A stretch of DNA of 64,000 nucleotides from Phoronis australis (taxonomy: Eukaryota; Animalia; Phoronida): assembly GCA_002633005.1 (NCBI GenBank), contig NMRA01000564.1, forward strand, positions 209,812-273,811, written 5' to 3'. The notes below the pieces were generated by a model, which was given only the letters and a program-made list of their open reading frames with translations, made no database searches and had not been told where the DNA came from. The position numbers were made by a program, and so were the translations under genes. This document shows, one piece after another, positions 52,501 to 63,884 of the stretch. The stretch's first letter is position 1; each line of letters opens with the position of its first letter.

Positions 52501-53217
52501 AAGCAGCCATACCATTTGCCAGATTACCGCCAGGCCAATTTGAACCGTTACGGGCCCCCTGTGGACTATAGTGATGCGGGACACCAGAGGCGTCGGTCAG
52601 TCCCCGAGGCCCACGACAGGTCGATGCTCAATAACACTGTGGTGGAGAACACTGAGGATTTGAACCGCACTCTGGTGTCACACGCGGCCGACTCCAGTCT
52701 ACCCCCACCGCCATCAACCCTCGATGGTTCAGTCGAGCTTGATATAGCAGACTTTCCCCCTCCAGCCCCATTCAACGACTCGCCGCAGAGCGTGAAAAGT
52801 TCACGGTCGTCCAGTGTGGAATTAACATGTTCCCCTTATACACGGCGTTTCCCCAAGGGGAAGTCGGCTTCCCGCCAGGTCCTTAGTTCTCACTCGACAA
52901 TTCCTGGGATTGGCCACCAGGTGGTGCAACAACCTCTGATTGTGAACTCGGAGGACTCCGATTCCGCTACAGATGTGGAGCCAGTAAACTGTAGTGGCAG
53001 CACTTTCCAGAGGTCTTCCCCTGCGTCCACTCCTTCGCCCACTACACATGACCTGTTCCCCTCGCCAGATCACCCGGATGGTCGTAAGAACGGGCGACCG
53101 TGGAACCCTGTGTACGACGAGTGGGATAAGGAATACACAGAGCGTAACGGGAAAGTGATGTACGTGGAACTGCCACCCCATCGTAGGGACAATGAAGTCA
53201 AAATTACCTTTGTTTGA
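16907..53217 (+). CDS. RGS12: Regulator of G-protein signalling 12 / loco orthologue (PDZ-PTB-RGS-RBD-RBD-GoLoco). CDS join 16907-19513, 28174-28272, 30190-30372, 30929-31162, 31899-32042, 33209-33302 (or 34990-35083), 41478-41632, 43015-43221, 44258-44455, 46227-46317, [47483-47494], 50023-50186, 51611-51767, 52088-53217; ~1820 aa
   Basis: All exons have AG/GT boundaries and mutually consistent phases. The domain order and C-terminal TFV are diagnostic of the RGS12/loco (R12) family. Confidence 0.93.
20591..20960 (+). mobile_element. Degenerate Kolobok-like MITE copy
   Basis: ttaagattatgtaggacactacaaaaatatccaagtatggctaactttggaacatcatatctcagc; same family as 50610-51092. Confidence 0.5.
24905..25512. 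mobile_element. Kolobok-like MITE copy with both inverted ends
   Basis: 5' cctagaaaaatgtccaattttgtccaaacttcgaaaggtcatatctgagaaa vs 3' tttgagatatgaagtttttaatttggccatatctggacattttg...tacataacct. Confidence 0.6.
26246..26308 (+). CDS. RGS12: Candidate alternative first coding exon of a PDZ/PTB-less RGS12 isoform (MEAIRILSSDMFILCSSVVFK)
   Basis: Strong Kozak aaacATGG, 63 nt open, consensus donor AAG|GTAAGT, phase 0 matching the exon at 28174. Confidence 0.5.
28174..28272 (+). CDS. RGS12: RGS12 exon
   Basis: tttcAG|AATGAT...GAG|GTAACG, 99 nt, phase 0/0; NDGSGWKQHGNLDANVRKQGGLLKKHQTSFSHE. Confidence 0.7.
28319..28770 (+). mobile_element. Degenerate Kolobok-like MITE copy
   Basis: ttaaggttgtatattaccctagaaaaatgtccaaatttggttaactccgaaacatcgtatctcaaa. 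Confidence 0.55.
30190..30372 (+). CDS. RGS12: RGS12 exon, start of RGS domain
   Basis: ...GRVASWQFSFEKLLQDPAGLATFT|GTGAGT; phase 0/0. Confidence 0.93.
30929..31162 (+). CDS. RGS12: RGS12 exon, RGS domain core
   Basis: [21 protein letters not shown]...EPVNIDS...MFALAQRQ; phase 0/0. Confidence 0.95.
31899..32042 (+). CDS. RGS12: RGS12 exon, end of RGS domain
   Basis: IFQLMKHDSYSRFLKSDLYKEC...; donor AAG|GTAAGA. Confidence 0.95.
32461..32535 (+). mobile_element. Degenerate tRNA-derived SINE head
   Basis: A-box-like gaggcctagtgg and B-box/T-arm-like aaggtcgtggattcgagtcccactggg; no intact cloverleaf. Confidence 0.4.
32614..33084. mobile_element. 471-bp hAT-like MITE with 13-bp TIRs and a 6-bp TSD
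   Basis: CTGGTT[CAGGGCTTGGAAT...ATTCCAAGCCCTG]CTGGTT; absent from the second copy of the duplication (aaactggtccta at ~34862). Confidence 0.88.
33209..33302 (+). CDS. RGS12: RGS12 exon between RGS and RBD domains (copy 1)
   Basis: tttAG|GTGAAG...CGCA|GTAAGT, 94 nt, phase 0/1; VKKSKSSSSNGTGGIEEVEKERRKSFLPWNR. Required to bridge the phase-0 donor at 32042 and the phase-1 acceptor at 41478. Confidence 0.88.
34990..35083 (+). CDS. RGS12: Identical second copy of the 94-nt RGS12 exon (in the duplicated segment)
   Basis: Sequence identical to 33209-33302, with the same splice sites. Confidence 0.6.
36910..37240. repeat. Diverged ~178-bp tandem duplication
   Basis: gtggaaaattaccattatatttttgttggaaaaa...gcagcgcaggt (36910-37061) vs gtggaaaattacaattctatttttgttggaaaaa...tcagtgcaggt (37088-37240). 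Confidence 0.8.
38318..39542 (+). mobile_element. Second HINE/DINE-1-like element, same family as 3484-5126
   Basis: Begins TTTTTGCACCCACATATTTATATGTGG (subTIR plus hairpin). Ends GTGGGCGCATTTC...GCTCTTGTT. Internal cctagtggc repeats at about 38449, 38996, 39150 and 39294. Confidence 0.72.
41478..41632 (+). CDS. RGS12: RGS12 exon
   Basis: ttgcAG|ATAAAGGC...GAG|GTGTGC, phase 1/0; KGSKRSG...GRSSLASGDLSVLSKELTQSKE. Confidence 0.85.
43015..43221 (+). CDS. RGS12: RGS12 exon, Ras-binding domain 1
   Basis: FCRVILPDLSTTVVYAKPGQTVKQVLSKLCERRDM; donor AAG|GTAAGA. Confidence 0.93.
44258..44455 (+). CDS. RGS12: RGS12 exon, RBD1/RBD2
   Basis: LDLTRDIATLASKEIRVERRVLFRMDLPNRKSIGVKAKPQRSMHDVFRPILNKYG. Confidence 0.94.
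45061..45633. mobile_element. PIF/Harbinger-type MITE (573 bp, TTA TSD)
   Basis: TTA[GGGCTGTTCCAGTAAAATCTGTATGGGAGGGGGGAAGGCA...TGCCTTCCCCCCCACACAGATTTTGCTGGAACAGCCC]TTA. Confidence 0.85.
46227..46317 (+). CDS. RGS12: RGS12 exon, end of RBD2
   Basis: ttttacAG|GTTGGT...GCTG|GTAATT; VGSSVVLDLDTLIVDIDNQRVVVQPKQDFA; phase 0/1. Confidence 0.88.
47483..47494 (+). CDS. RGS12: Candidate 12-nt frame-preserving RGS12 microexon (adds AQRP)
   Basis: TACTAAC branch point 47439-47445, TGC at ~47452, pyrimidine-rich tract, AG|CACAAAGGCCAG|GTGAGT; phase 1/1. Confidence 0.65.
50023..50186 (+). CDS. RGS12: RGS12 exon
   Basis: tttctcaaacAG|AGTGG...AAG|GTCAGT, phase 1/0; EWGGYDSRRPALGKPPIPKKP... Confidence 0.8.
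50610..51092. mobile_element. Kolobok-like MITE, best-preserved copy of the family
   Basis: TAAGGTTATGTA...AGACCTTA at the left end and TAAGGTCTTACATAACCTTA at the right end form inverted termini. Confidence 0.65.
51204..51451. mobile_element. ~250-bp MITE with 28-bp imperfect TIRs
   Basis: GACCGGAGATTTAAGAGTTCGAACGTTT ... AAACGTTTGAACTCTAAAATCTGCGGTC. Confidence 0.75.
51611..51767 (+). CDS. RGS12: RGS12 penultimate exon
   Basis: acacAG|GGTGAG...GAAG|GTAACC, phase 0/1; GEEQKGLLGLIRRGSMELKDKARTRNKVTF... Confidence 0.82.
52088..53217 (+). CDS. RGS12: RGS12 last coding exon: GoLoco motif and C-terminal PDZ-binding motif
   Basis: DEHFFDLVTKVQSQRLDDQRG (GoLoco with DQR triad), LDLPDFL, ends EVKITFV*. 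Confidence 0.94.
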
Positions 53218-53382
53218 GGGATCATGCCAATGAAGTGCTGTTATAGAGACAGAAGTGTCGCTGAGAAGTTCAGGCAGTATCGTGAGGTCGTGTGGTTTTC
53301 TGGAAACATGGTGCTCGTTTTCTGACAGATGCAGCGATTTGCATAGGTTGTTTATCTACAGAGCTACACTGTTTCGCATGTC

Positions 53383-53388
53383 AATAAA
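53383..53388 (+). terminator. RGS12: Candidate proximal poly(A) signal of RGS12 (further candidates ATTAAA ~54686 and AATAAA ~55132)
   Basis: AATAAA 166 nt after the stop. Confidence 0.35.
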
Positions 53389-53959
53389 CATTTTGAACAC
53401 TAAATTAAAATGTGGGAAGCGCATGTGAAAGGATTTTGTTTGAGTTGTGCTTATGGTTCCTTCAGCAGAGAATCATTAACAGCTTAACGTTCGAAGTTAC
53501 CCATTGCATAATACGTGTCGTGGTTGGAGGGGAATGATATCTTTGATATTTTCACATCGTGTAAGGCTTCCCAAACCTTTAACTTTTGAAAGCATTGATT
53601 ACTGTTTATTTATTTTAGCTGAAGACTATTAATTTATTGTAAAAACTAGTTTCTCTCTAAAACTAACAAGATATCAAGCTGGTTATAGTGACAAAGCGGT
53701 TCTGTTGTCTGAAGTACATGTGAATGGTAAAAGTGATTGTAGTTATTGTTCCTTTGGTCTGATCCCAAGCACAGATAGATTTTGCTTCAGGCTATTGATG
53801 TAGGTTTTGTTTTTGTAAATAACATATTGTAACAACGGTAACAGTGCTAATTTTCTGTTGGCAGTTGTATTCATTCGTGTAACTTTTAGTTGATGCATTC
53901 TGTATGCATGCATGTTTACTTCCACTTTATTCATAGATAGATTTTAATGTTACTATTAA

Positions 53960-54215
53960 TATGCAAGCACCCAGCCTAAAAAAATGGGGGGCTCGAATTT
54001 TTGAGAAAGTGGACCTTTCACTAAGATTCACCTTGAATGTTCAGAGCTATGAATTGTGCATTCCCCAAGTTTTGGTAGTTCCTGCCCTTTTAGTGGACTT
54101 TTGTCTCGTGTACTTTTTCAGAGTTTTTATTTCTCTGAGGCAGACCTTTTTGCCCACTTCGCCGAATTGGGGGGTGGGGGGGCTTGTTTGAACCCACCCC
54201 CTGGGTGCGTGCATG
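53960..54215. mobile_element. hAT-like MITE in the RGS12 3' region
   Basis: Termini ATGCAAGCACCCAG ... CTGGGTGCGTGCATG with G-rich subterminal tracts; TSD not clear. Confidence 0.55.
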
Positions 54216-57200
54216 GATATTCTTGTCTGCGTGAATAGTTTTAACTTTGTTTTAATGCTAGTACAGTTAGTTTTTATCAGACTAGTCACACATTGATGCT
54301 CCTTATTTTGGAAGTCACCTGGATGACCCACTTATTTAAATGCAGGTAGGCACTTATGTTTGCTGATGCTTTTAAAAGGTCTTAGCAAACTGGTATTTAA
54401 ACAGTTTTTGTATACTGAGCGTAAACACCTGTACACCTTTAGTTACCATGGTGTAACTGTGTTAGTGAGTACTATTACTTTGTATTTTATTTTGTCATAT
54501 TTTCAATTAGTGGGCTTAAGAGTGCACTCTCAAAACGAGTTTTCTTTGGTTCACACTATCATTTCCAGTTGTGAGCATCCTAGCTGTTTTTTGGATATTC
54601 AACATGCCTGTCTTGATATGACTATTTTGGAAACATAATCTGCAATGTTGTGAAACTGTTTAAAGTGGAATTCTGCAAAATACAGATTAAAATTTTGATT
54701 TAAATGTATTATTTTTCGTCTCAACCAGTGTATGTGTTTTTGGCCACTTAACATATATGATCACTAAAGGTTTCTTTAGTTAAATGCTAAGTGCTTTGGC
54801 AGTGCAAAAATCTTAACACAGCATTTAAAGCGGTTGTAAATTGGGTTCCCTGAAAAATGACTTTCAGTTTCGACCAGTTACTGAAAAAATACCGTTGTTG
54901 CCAAGTGGTTTCGGGGTTTTGTAAAAACCTTAGATATAGAGACTTTGTGGTCCGGCCGGTAATTTTATGCCCATAAAATGCTACCTACCCTGTAGCTAGC
55001 CATGATCTTGAGCAATAACGAACTCGGTGGGTGTCAGTTCTTCGACAGCACTGAAATGACCATTAATTTGATTAAGGAACAGTACGAGTATAATTTCATT
55101 ACGCAAGTGATCTACATAAAATGTTTTGTTAAATAAAATGTTTTGTGACCGAAAGCGCTAAGATATCTGTGGGGGTTGCCCATCGTGAGAGTTGTGGTTA
55201 ACCTTAATGCCATGTGGTACGGCTTATTCCTTTCAGTGAGTTAAATCTTGTTCAGTTACTGCAAGAAACCTTATACCGGTATTATTTTGTTTATTGTGAC
55301 GTCGAATGGGAAACTGTGGAGGCATGCTCTACTGCGTTTTACCACATGGCCTTGTACCATGACATGCTAAAAAATCCAAAACAGAAATAAACACTATAAA
55401 TTACAGCACTAAGTGTGTCACGGACTGCTGCTTCGTACCAAGATGACCTGAAGCCAACTGCGGAAAATGAACCTATTGAGGTAATGTCGCTTTCAATGAG
55501 CGGGGGGACTGCTGTCCAACATGAACTCGCCCCATAATGCCCCATCTTCAAAAAGATGATGGAATTTGGAACGAAGTTCGAGACACGTAGTTCTCAGTGG
55601 GTCCCTGGCTCTATTTAGTGTGTACTTCACGTCTTATTTCGGCCAATAAGCGAACGTTTGCCAATCTCTAACTTGACTCAATGAATTTGCCCTCGAGACG
55701 ACGCGCTGTGACTGGACCCAAACTTAAACCACGCGAACTGTCAAATTTTTCCTCGAATCCCTGAAATGATCGCCAATTAACTGAGGAATAATTCAAGACT
55801 GATTTCGTAAACTTAAGTGGCCTAAATCATTTTTGTGGTGGAAATCCGTGGATTCGATGAAATGTTATTCAGTTCTTTTAGAAAAGTTTAAAAATTATCC
55901 TCAGTAATCAGTTTGACATTGGAAATGAGCCTCCCGTTCAAGATTTAGAACCACGATACTCTGTGAGCTCTCTCGCGTACGTAAGTTCAGTTACTCCCAG
56001 TTTCAGCAAGGAATCATGCAGGTAAGTTCAATTTAGCTAGTTGCCCAAGTAAGTCAAAACAGTCGGGTTACATTAAGTGCAGCTTCAATGAAACTTGAAA
56101 AGTTGTAGTGTGGACTATATGACGCAACATGCATGATTGAAAGCCACTTTGCGTCCGCTTTCCATCCCAAAAAAAATTATTTAGACCACAGATAAAGAAT
56201 TGGTCTCGTATATTTATTTTGACAAAATATCGACTTTTGGGGCTTAGAAAGAATGAACTGATAAGTCGCCTTTTGCTTGAGGGCGCAATAGGTTCTACAA
56301 GATGGCGTGGTGTCAACGGTTTATACTGAAGGAATACTATATGTGACAAACTATCATTTTCTTCTGCACATCTAAGACCTGCATTGGCGTAGTGGACTTA
56401 GAGTTCGGGGACAAACGTGGCGTCACTGAACTTTCAGTTTTCACGGCGGCTGTGACATCCACAGCGTTCAGTTAGCCATGGAGATTTCGCAAATGTTTTC
56501 CATTGAATTAGTAGATGATCACGCAGCCCTATGCTTCTCAATGTGTCCAGAGGCATAAGTCAAGTCAGTCATACAAGTTTTATATGATTTTTTTAGTAAA
56601 AACCCCTTTGAAATTTCGAAAACAATACCCTGTTTATAGGAAGGTGAAACATCAGCTGTACAATGCAGTCCAAAATTGCATCTCAGGTCAACAGTTGTAA
56701 CAAGCTATTTGACTGGCATACGACTTCCCAAACTATAGTTGATTTTGACACAACTTTCCTGATATTGCGAAGGATGTGGGTCAATCATTTTTGGGCCCTC
56801 CTGTGCCTTTACTAAGGCCGGGAAAAGTACGACACTTACATTTCTTGAGAGGAGAGACAAGAAGACCAAAATAATTTTGGTCCCAAAAAGGACCCTTGGG
56901 TGAGTCTCTTGGGTGGCCACTGTGACCTTAATTAGATTGCTGATCAAGCTGTGCATCACTCCATGTTATACTCCTGTGGAGAGCAAACTCACACTTGTTT
57001 TTTACTTTTTCCGCAAGGACACTACCAGTTATTACAGGGTTTTGGCTGTCGACACACGCCCAAGTAGGGATCTTTTCAAGCAACGCTCCTAATTTAAGGA
57101 CTGGGTCCCTAAATGTTTTGACTGATTTGAAAAGCTCAGTCAAAAGAAGAGCTCGTAAAAGGATAAAATGATAGAAAATATTAATATCTGCATTTTTATC

Positions 57201-57809
57201 TACCTTTCATTTGCACCTTTTTAAAACTGCTTTACTTACTATGTGAGCCAAAAATGGACTATTTTGGGCCAAAATGTTGATGATGCTCTCTAAAAATATT
57301 CGCCCAAATAATTTGAAATAAAACCATCTGAAAAAATCACCAGGATGTATGAACACGCATTTTTTCAAGATCTGAGTCGGTGATCCTAGAATAGACCACG
57401 TAGAACGGCAGTTAATAATGCTAAGAAAATCCACAATTAAAGCGTACAAGGCAAATTTATCACCGCCAATGAGTCCTCGTGAAACACTTTTTTCACATCT
57501 GAAATGCTCCACCATATGAAGGAATTTTCTTGCCCCCTTTCTTTCTTAGCCAACGTTTTCCCTGTTAACTACTACTGCACCCCCCCCCCCCCTCAACTCG
57601 GCTTACAGTTATACTTGTGCTATGTAAATAATGGCAGCACCCATAAGTGATCTGACACACGAATAACTTGGAACCGCACAGTTGAAGTGAATTCAGTTGT
57701 AAGTCATCTATGAATGGGCTCAATTAATCATTCCCCTCTTCCCCCAAAGGCCTTTTGTGATACTTTGGCGCCATATCAGGAACTCAGTGGGACTTCGCAA
57801 CAGGTAACT

Positions 57810-57930
57810 ATGGTGGGCGTGGCCTAACTGTGTTTGTCAGCACTCCCCATTGAGCGCATCTAATAGAACAACGGGGAATGAATGCGAGAAGCCTCTTGTC
57901 ACGTGACTTTTGTATTTCCCGCCAAAGAGA
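57810..57930 (+). promoter_or_regulatory. Candidate promoter of a downstream + strand gene
   Basis: GC box GGGCGTGGC (57815), palindromic E-box GTCACGTGAC (57898-57907) and E2F-type TTTCCCGCCAAA (57915-57926), clustered ~250 nt upstream of a GTAAGT donor. Confidence 0.55.
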
Positions 57931-58133
57931 TTCAACTGAATCTTGCTATTCGTACCACAAAACCACTGCTGTTTGAGACATGAGAGACGGGCGATTACTG
58001 CTGCGATATACGAAACCTTCAGTTGATTACTACTACTACTACCAAGAGACCTATATATATTGTGAAACCTTTATTATTTTTACTACTAAGAGATCTATAA
58101 AAGATATTGTGTGGAGTTCCTGAACAAGTGAGA

Positions 58134-58180
58134 ATGCCTTCCATAGATTACCTTAACAACTTCTGTGGATCCATCACCCA
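58134..58180 (+). other. Candidate first-exon ORF (MPSIDYLNNFCGSIT..) of an unidentified gene
   Basis: ATG at 58134, donor CA|GTAAGT at 58181. Confidence 0.4.
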
Positions 58181-61100
58181 GTAAGTACTCTGCTTTTATA
58201 ACGTTATGTTGTTTCGAAAACGGTTATCAGGCAAACACCGATAATTGACAGCAAAATGCATAACGACGCAGGCCATATACTTGGGGGTATTTGGGATGTG
58301 ACAGTCAACAATTTTTCATTTGAATGAGCAAAACTAAAAAGTTGGATAAGGATGCAAAAAGCTGAGCAAAGATGTCATTCAAGTGAGACAATTTTGAAAT
58401 GTGTGATTGCAGCCATTTAACTCTTTTTGTGTTTGTGATATAGTTGCCTTTCTCTTGAATTGCGGATTTCCTTATCACTATTAAGTTTTGTTGTCAATTC
58501 CTTCGGTAACAATGAAGATCGGATGAGCCTTTTAATTTTTCTAAACCCCGAACGCTTCGGAATCCAACATTAATGGCTAAATGTTGGCGTTAGCTTTAGA
58601 TATAACGTTTTTAGTTATCGCTGAGTTGTTGAAACGGCAGTTCTCTTTCATAATATTTACTAGCTTGAGTTCCCGCAAAATGTCAATAATTTACATATTT
58701 TGGTAGGGCTTCATCGCAAAACGTGAACCAACACAGTAGTTTTCAAGTGTTAGTTTTTATACCGCCGTAATGGAAACCATCGTGAAAACCACATTTAGAA
58801 TATATGTTATCGCTCGTGAGCATTCTAGAGGTTTAAATAATCCTTTGTGACTAAAGTTTAAACGAGACATGACGACTGTTGGACTACGTCAGTGATAAAA
58901 GAAGAATTAATCCGGGGCTCTCAAGTCCAAAATACACGAAAGACAAGGCAAAAATGCCGAAAATGACGTCTGCTCAAACTTTTTGTAGAGTAAAAACAAG
59001 AATTAATTCAACAATAAGATAAAGTCTCTGATAATAGATTCCGCGATGATTTAAATTAAGGCGAAAAAGGCCACTCAGAACAAAATCTTAAATGGGCAAA
59101 AATGTTTAAATTCATCAGGTCACGACGATGACTTATGATTTAAATCATCCTCTGCCATTGGTGCAATCGTATGAATGGGATGCTAATGGCAGTAAGTGTC
59201 AGTGAAAATTCTATGATCATGCCGTAGACAATTTTTATTTTCACTGAAACCTGATCATGAACCCTAAACATCTCAAAATGCCGTTGTTTGAAACCAATTG
59301 TTGTTTTTATAGTTTCTTCTGTCTTACTAACGTTTTACTTTTTCGCATACTTGCTCCGCAATATATTTCAAATCATTGGAAAAGCGCACAGGGTGATTTC
59401 AGCTAGTAAAGAACACATACAGTAGCACTCAAACGTTTAGAATCTCTTCGAACTTTGCATCACCCCATAGCTAAGAGGCTATCGAAACCTGGCGGGAACT
59501 GAGAACTAAGACCCGGCCACGCTGACTAACTTCCGTCAGCCACAGCCGGCGGACTTCCATACTGGCTAATCTCTCAGACGCTGGGCACAGAGATCACCAC
59601 ACTTAAATTTATTATCGATTTTCTACTCACTGTACTATAATTTTTTTCGAGAAGCCCGCGGCTATCGTTTTATTTGGACACTGACATATATAGCTAGTCA
59701 TGGCCGGGACACTCAGTCCTCAACCTTTCCGATGCAAAGGTGGCGTTCAATAACGCTAGGGACTCACTAAAAATTAAAAGTAAGACTTCGCGAGGTTACG
59801 TGAGATGTTATCATGAATTTTAACTTGGCACACTCGATTTTGGCTAGATTTTTAGCAGCAACTAAGGTCCCAGCTTTACTGAACTCTGCCGCCGGATGGC
59901 ATGAACGATTTTCAAAAAATATGGCGCGGCGAATTTAGGGACCACCACGTGGCACAGAATATCGTTGGGTACACGCTATAACGATTTTAAAAATGTATCT
60001 GGGTCATATAGAACACACACCCTTGAATACATGGGGTCCGTTTGTCCTGCCCGTCCCGACTATACTAAAGGGTATCCACACCGCTGAGCCCGCTACAAGT
60101 CACGCCGCCATTGAACGAAAAGATGGCTATAATCACTTCTCCGAATCCTGGACCGAACTAGGGTAAATATTACCTAAAACTATTGAATTCGGATTGTAGT
60201 GTCGACGAGGGTCACCCAAAGATCATTTGTTATAACAATCATGTTGTTATTATAATAAGCACCAGCCACTTTACGGTCTACGGTTTGCTGATAGCAGCAA
60301 CATTGCCCCTGCGCATGGCGCTAGCGCGACTGCTACGCCTACGCCTACGGTTGGTCGGTTCAGGCGTTAATTTCCACTGAGCTATACAATCTGCAGTGCC
60401 CCAGTGATTCTGAGCTTTATGAAAATTCGTATCTACTGACTGAGTCTTTGTTGCTTAGCGAAGGCATGGAATTAGTGCCGTCGGAATCCGGCAGTATCTT
60501 GGCAGTGGGATTATCAGTGATGGTGAGCAGGCCAACGCATGCACCCACACGTGTTGCGTAATGATAATGGCATTAGTACTAGTCGCAGTCCTACTAATAC
60601 CGGGTCTGATCAGCATCTCACCAGTCAAAAATTATGTTTGTTGGCACGTCAAGCATGAAATTTGAATTGCTGAATAGGCCTCACTGCCTCAGACTAATGC
60701 ATGCAAATGAGTGAGTGCCAGCCAAGAGTAAACCCTCAGCTGAAACTCAGACCACTGTCACTGAGTGAGGTTGAAATAATTAAGGCCTAGGTGAACGTGT
60801 TGGATCAGATAATTACGGTGGTAAACCAACATGCCTGTACGAGCTTCAAAGTAAAAAGAGACAAACGTCTAACATGTTTTTAAAATTGAAAAGTAAAAAG
60901 TATCTGTCTTTGAATTAAAATCTATTCACTATAAGAGAATTTAATTGACAAATACATTTTCTTCAGCATCGCGGCTAACCCACAAACATTAATTTGTGAA
61001 TAAATTATGACTGGTTTGTCACAGAGTTTGGCCTAATTATGCTCGCTTTAAGTGCTGGGCTGAAAAACCCAAATGTGACATGCTGGCAACACTCCTGGAC

Positions 61101-61968
61101 AGTTGTATAGATATTATATTGCAGTTTGCAATCCTTACCTTCACATGAATTTAGGTGTAGCATTGTTTAATAAAATTTGATTCATACTGATTTCCAGTGT
61201 AGAGAATTCAGCATTTGGTGGGAATCATTTGATTGAATAGTCTAATAATGTTATTTGGCACTCCCGTCGTTATATACAGACTTCACTTTTATTATGGTCT
61301 TGTGACTGAGAGACTTCAACAAAGTTTACATGAAGTTCATGTAGTAGTGGGAAATGATGTGAAAGTATTCATGCATGGTAAATTAAATTAATATTTCAAT
61401 TAACAGTAATACTGTGCAACAATCGCGTCATAAGGAGTGTAGGCACTGCAAAGTGCCTGTAACGTACCTAAACTAAAGAAGCATTTTATAGTTGCCTGTT
61501 GGGAAATGCATTGTACCCCGCACTTTTATTCATACAGTATGGAACAAAATCTATAGTTGATTTAAGCCATGTTATAGTCCACAGCCACTGACGTGAACTC
61601 AGACTTGGTCGTATCACCCACATGTGAGAAAAATTGCCGAAGGTGCCCCATTGTGAATTTGCTGTTAATGGATGAACTTTATTTTTTGTAGGTTCTTTTC
61701 GGAATGCTGCTCTCTTCGTCGACCGACCATAGATCCACCTCCACCACCTTGCGACCCTATACCACTTGTAATTGACCGTCAGCAAGTAAGATATGGGAAC
61801 ATGCCAATTAAATATGTTAGCCTAAAAATTCTTTAAGCATTTGCTCATTGCATTAGTTTTGTTTTGGTTAAATGAACAACACAAACCATGCCTTAAATGT
61901 CTCATCTGGTATATTGTTTACCGACAACGCTAGTAGATAAGCGAGATCTATCTACTTTTAAAACACCT

Positions 61969-63833
61969 TATCCAAAATTTTAGAAAAAATCATTTCTCAG
62001 CACATGTTTGACCACCTCTCTTCACCTCATATATCGTCGCCAATTTGAATTCATGCATGGTAACAGCACTGTGTTGCAACTTACAGAAACTGTACACGAC
62101 ATCCACCTCCAGTTTGAGCAAGGGCACAACGTGAGATCCGTATTTTAAGACATTGCGTCAGCTTTTGATGTCGTTCCCCATGACCTGCTTCTACATAAGT
62201 TGCAATCTTACGGTTTCTCAGGCACTCTCCTCATACTTTTAAAATCATATCTGGAAAATCGAACTTACAAAGTCCGAATTGAGGGTGTCTTATCACCTTC
62301 ATCAACGCCAGGTTTCGTAAATGCTGGAGTACCACAGGGTAGCGTACTAGGCCCATTACTCTTTTTACTGCACATCAATGATCTTCCAGACACGATAAGC
62401 TCTAAAACATTCTTATATGCTGATGTCACTGCAATTTTCCACCCATTCTCAAAAGAGCATCCCCATGACTCCTTACAATTGCAAACTGACCTTAACAAAC
62501 TCTATGACTGGTCTCACAAATGGAAGATGAAATTTAAACCTGAAAAAAGTGTTGATCTTGCTCATTTCCAAACAAATCCAACACTGGAATTATCACTCAA
62601 TGGGGAAGTTATCCCCAATAAGTTCATGCACAAACATCTTGGCTTGCTACTCGATCATAAGCTTACATTATTTTACTCCTCATTGTCGCGAACTCGTTCG
62701 AAAAGTACAAAAATTAAGTGAATCCAATTAGAATTATCTCTCATCTCAACTCCATGCATCTTGAAACTCGACTGTTCAAGTCTTTTGTACTTCCAAATCT
62801 AGATTACTGTGATATAATCTACCAATCGGCAAACGCTGGCATACTTCTTCAATTAGAAAGACTACAATACCAAGCAGCTTTAGCCATAACCAGGGCATAC
62901 AAAGGGTCCAACACAATCAAGGTTCTAAATAGTCTTCACTGGAGCAAACTAACAACCCATCGTAAACTCCACCTGTCCATGTATACATTCAAAGTCTTAA
63001 CCAACGTAGACAATTAGTCTAACAAAATCCTCTTTGACTCCTACAAAAGACCAAGCACAAGACCAGGACTCCGGCAAAGCGTATACTATTCCAGCCTCCA
63101 TCAGCCAAGCCTTCAGAAGATCAACGATATTAACTTGTAGTGACAATTGGAATTCCTTACCATTCAAAATAAAAGAAAGCACTTCAATCGTCACTCTCAA
63201 AAATAACTTTAAAATGTATACCACTACTCCAGACTTGCCAGTCCCATTGACATCATTCCAACTTCCCCGCAACCATGAAATAACCCTATACAGATCAAGA
63301 TGTGGTCTATTCCTAAATAAAGAGAAATTTAGACATAATTTCAATAATATTTCGCCTCTGTGTTCCTGTGGAGATACCCAGACATATCCTCATGTTTTCT
63401 TTGCTTGTGAGGTATGCAAGGAGGAGAGGGTACAGCTCTTCCAGGCACTCGAACAATACCCCAATGTTTATAAAAAATATTCTGAAATTCCGCAATTGTA
63501 CAAAATTAATTTCTTTCTATATGGATGTCAAGAACTTAACTCAAACGAAAATAAGGTTTTATTTGAAATAGTATCAGAATTTCTTTATAACATTAAATCT
63601 CTTTGTGCGAGTGGATAGAATTTTATACATCTGTATGAAAATGAATTATTTTCATTCGTTGTCATATATCATTGTATTCTTATCATCAGTTTTTTTTATT
63701 TATGTATTCGTATATAATAATTGTATATAGACTTCTTTGTATTTTTTTACCCAGATCTAATGCCTCTCGGCGCTTTCTGGGTTATGTATATTCATTGTAT
63801 TCTGAAGATTTCGTAATAAACATTAAAACAAAT
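61969..63833 (+). mobile_element. 5'-truncated, decayed CR1/L2-group LINE (reverse transcriptase ORF2)
   Basis: LSKILEKII...[24 protein letters not shown]...[20 protein letters not shown]...LYADV (YADD altered)...W.MKFKPEK...HKHLGL. C-terminal CSCG...HVFF.C motif; stops and frameshifts; A-rich 3' end. Confidence 0.9.
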
Positions 63834-63884
63834 CTATATGTTCATATACAGAAGACATTTACTAACATTCCTGTATTCCACCAG

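Noticed and set aside
56705-57143. Minus-strand ORFs as an additional gene
   Set aside because: No recognisable domain and no consistent splice structure
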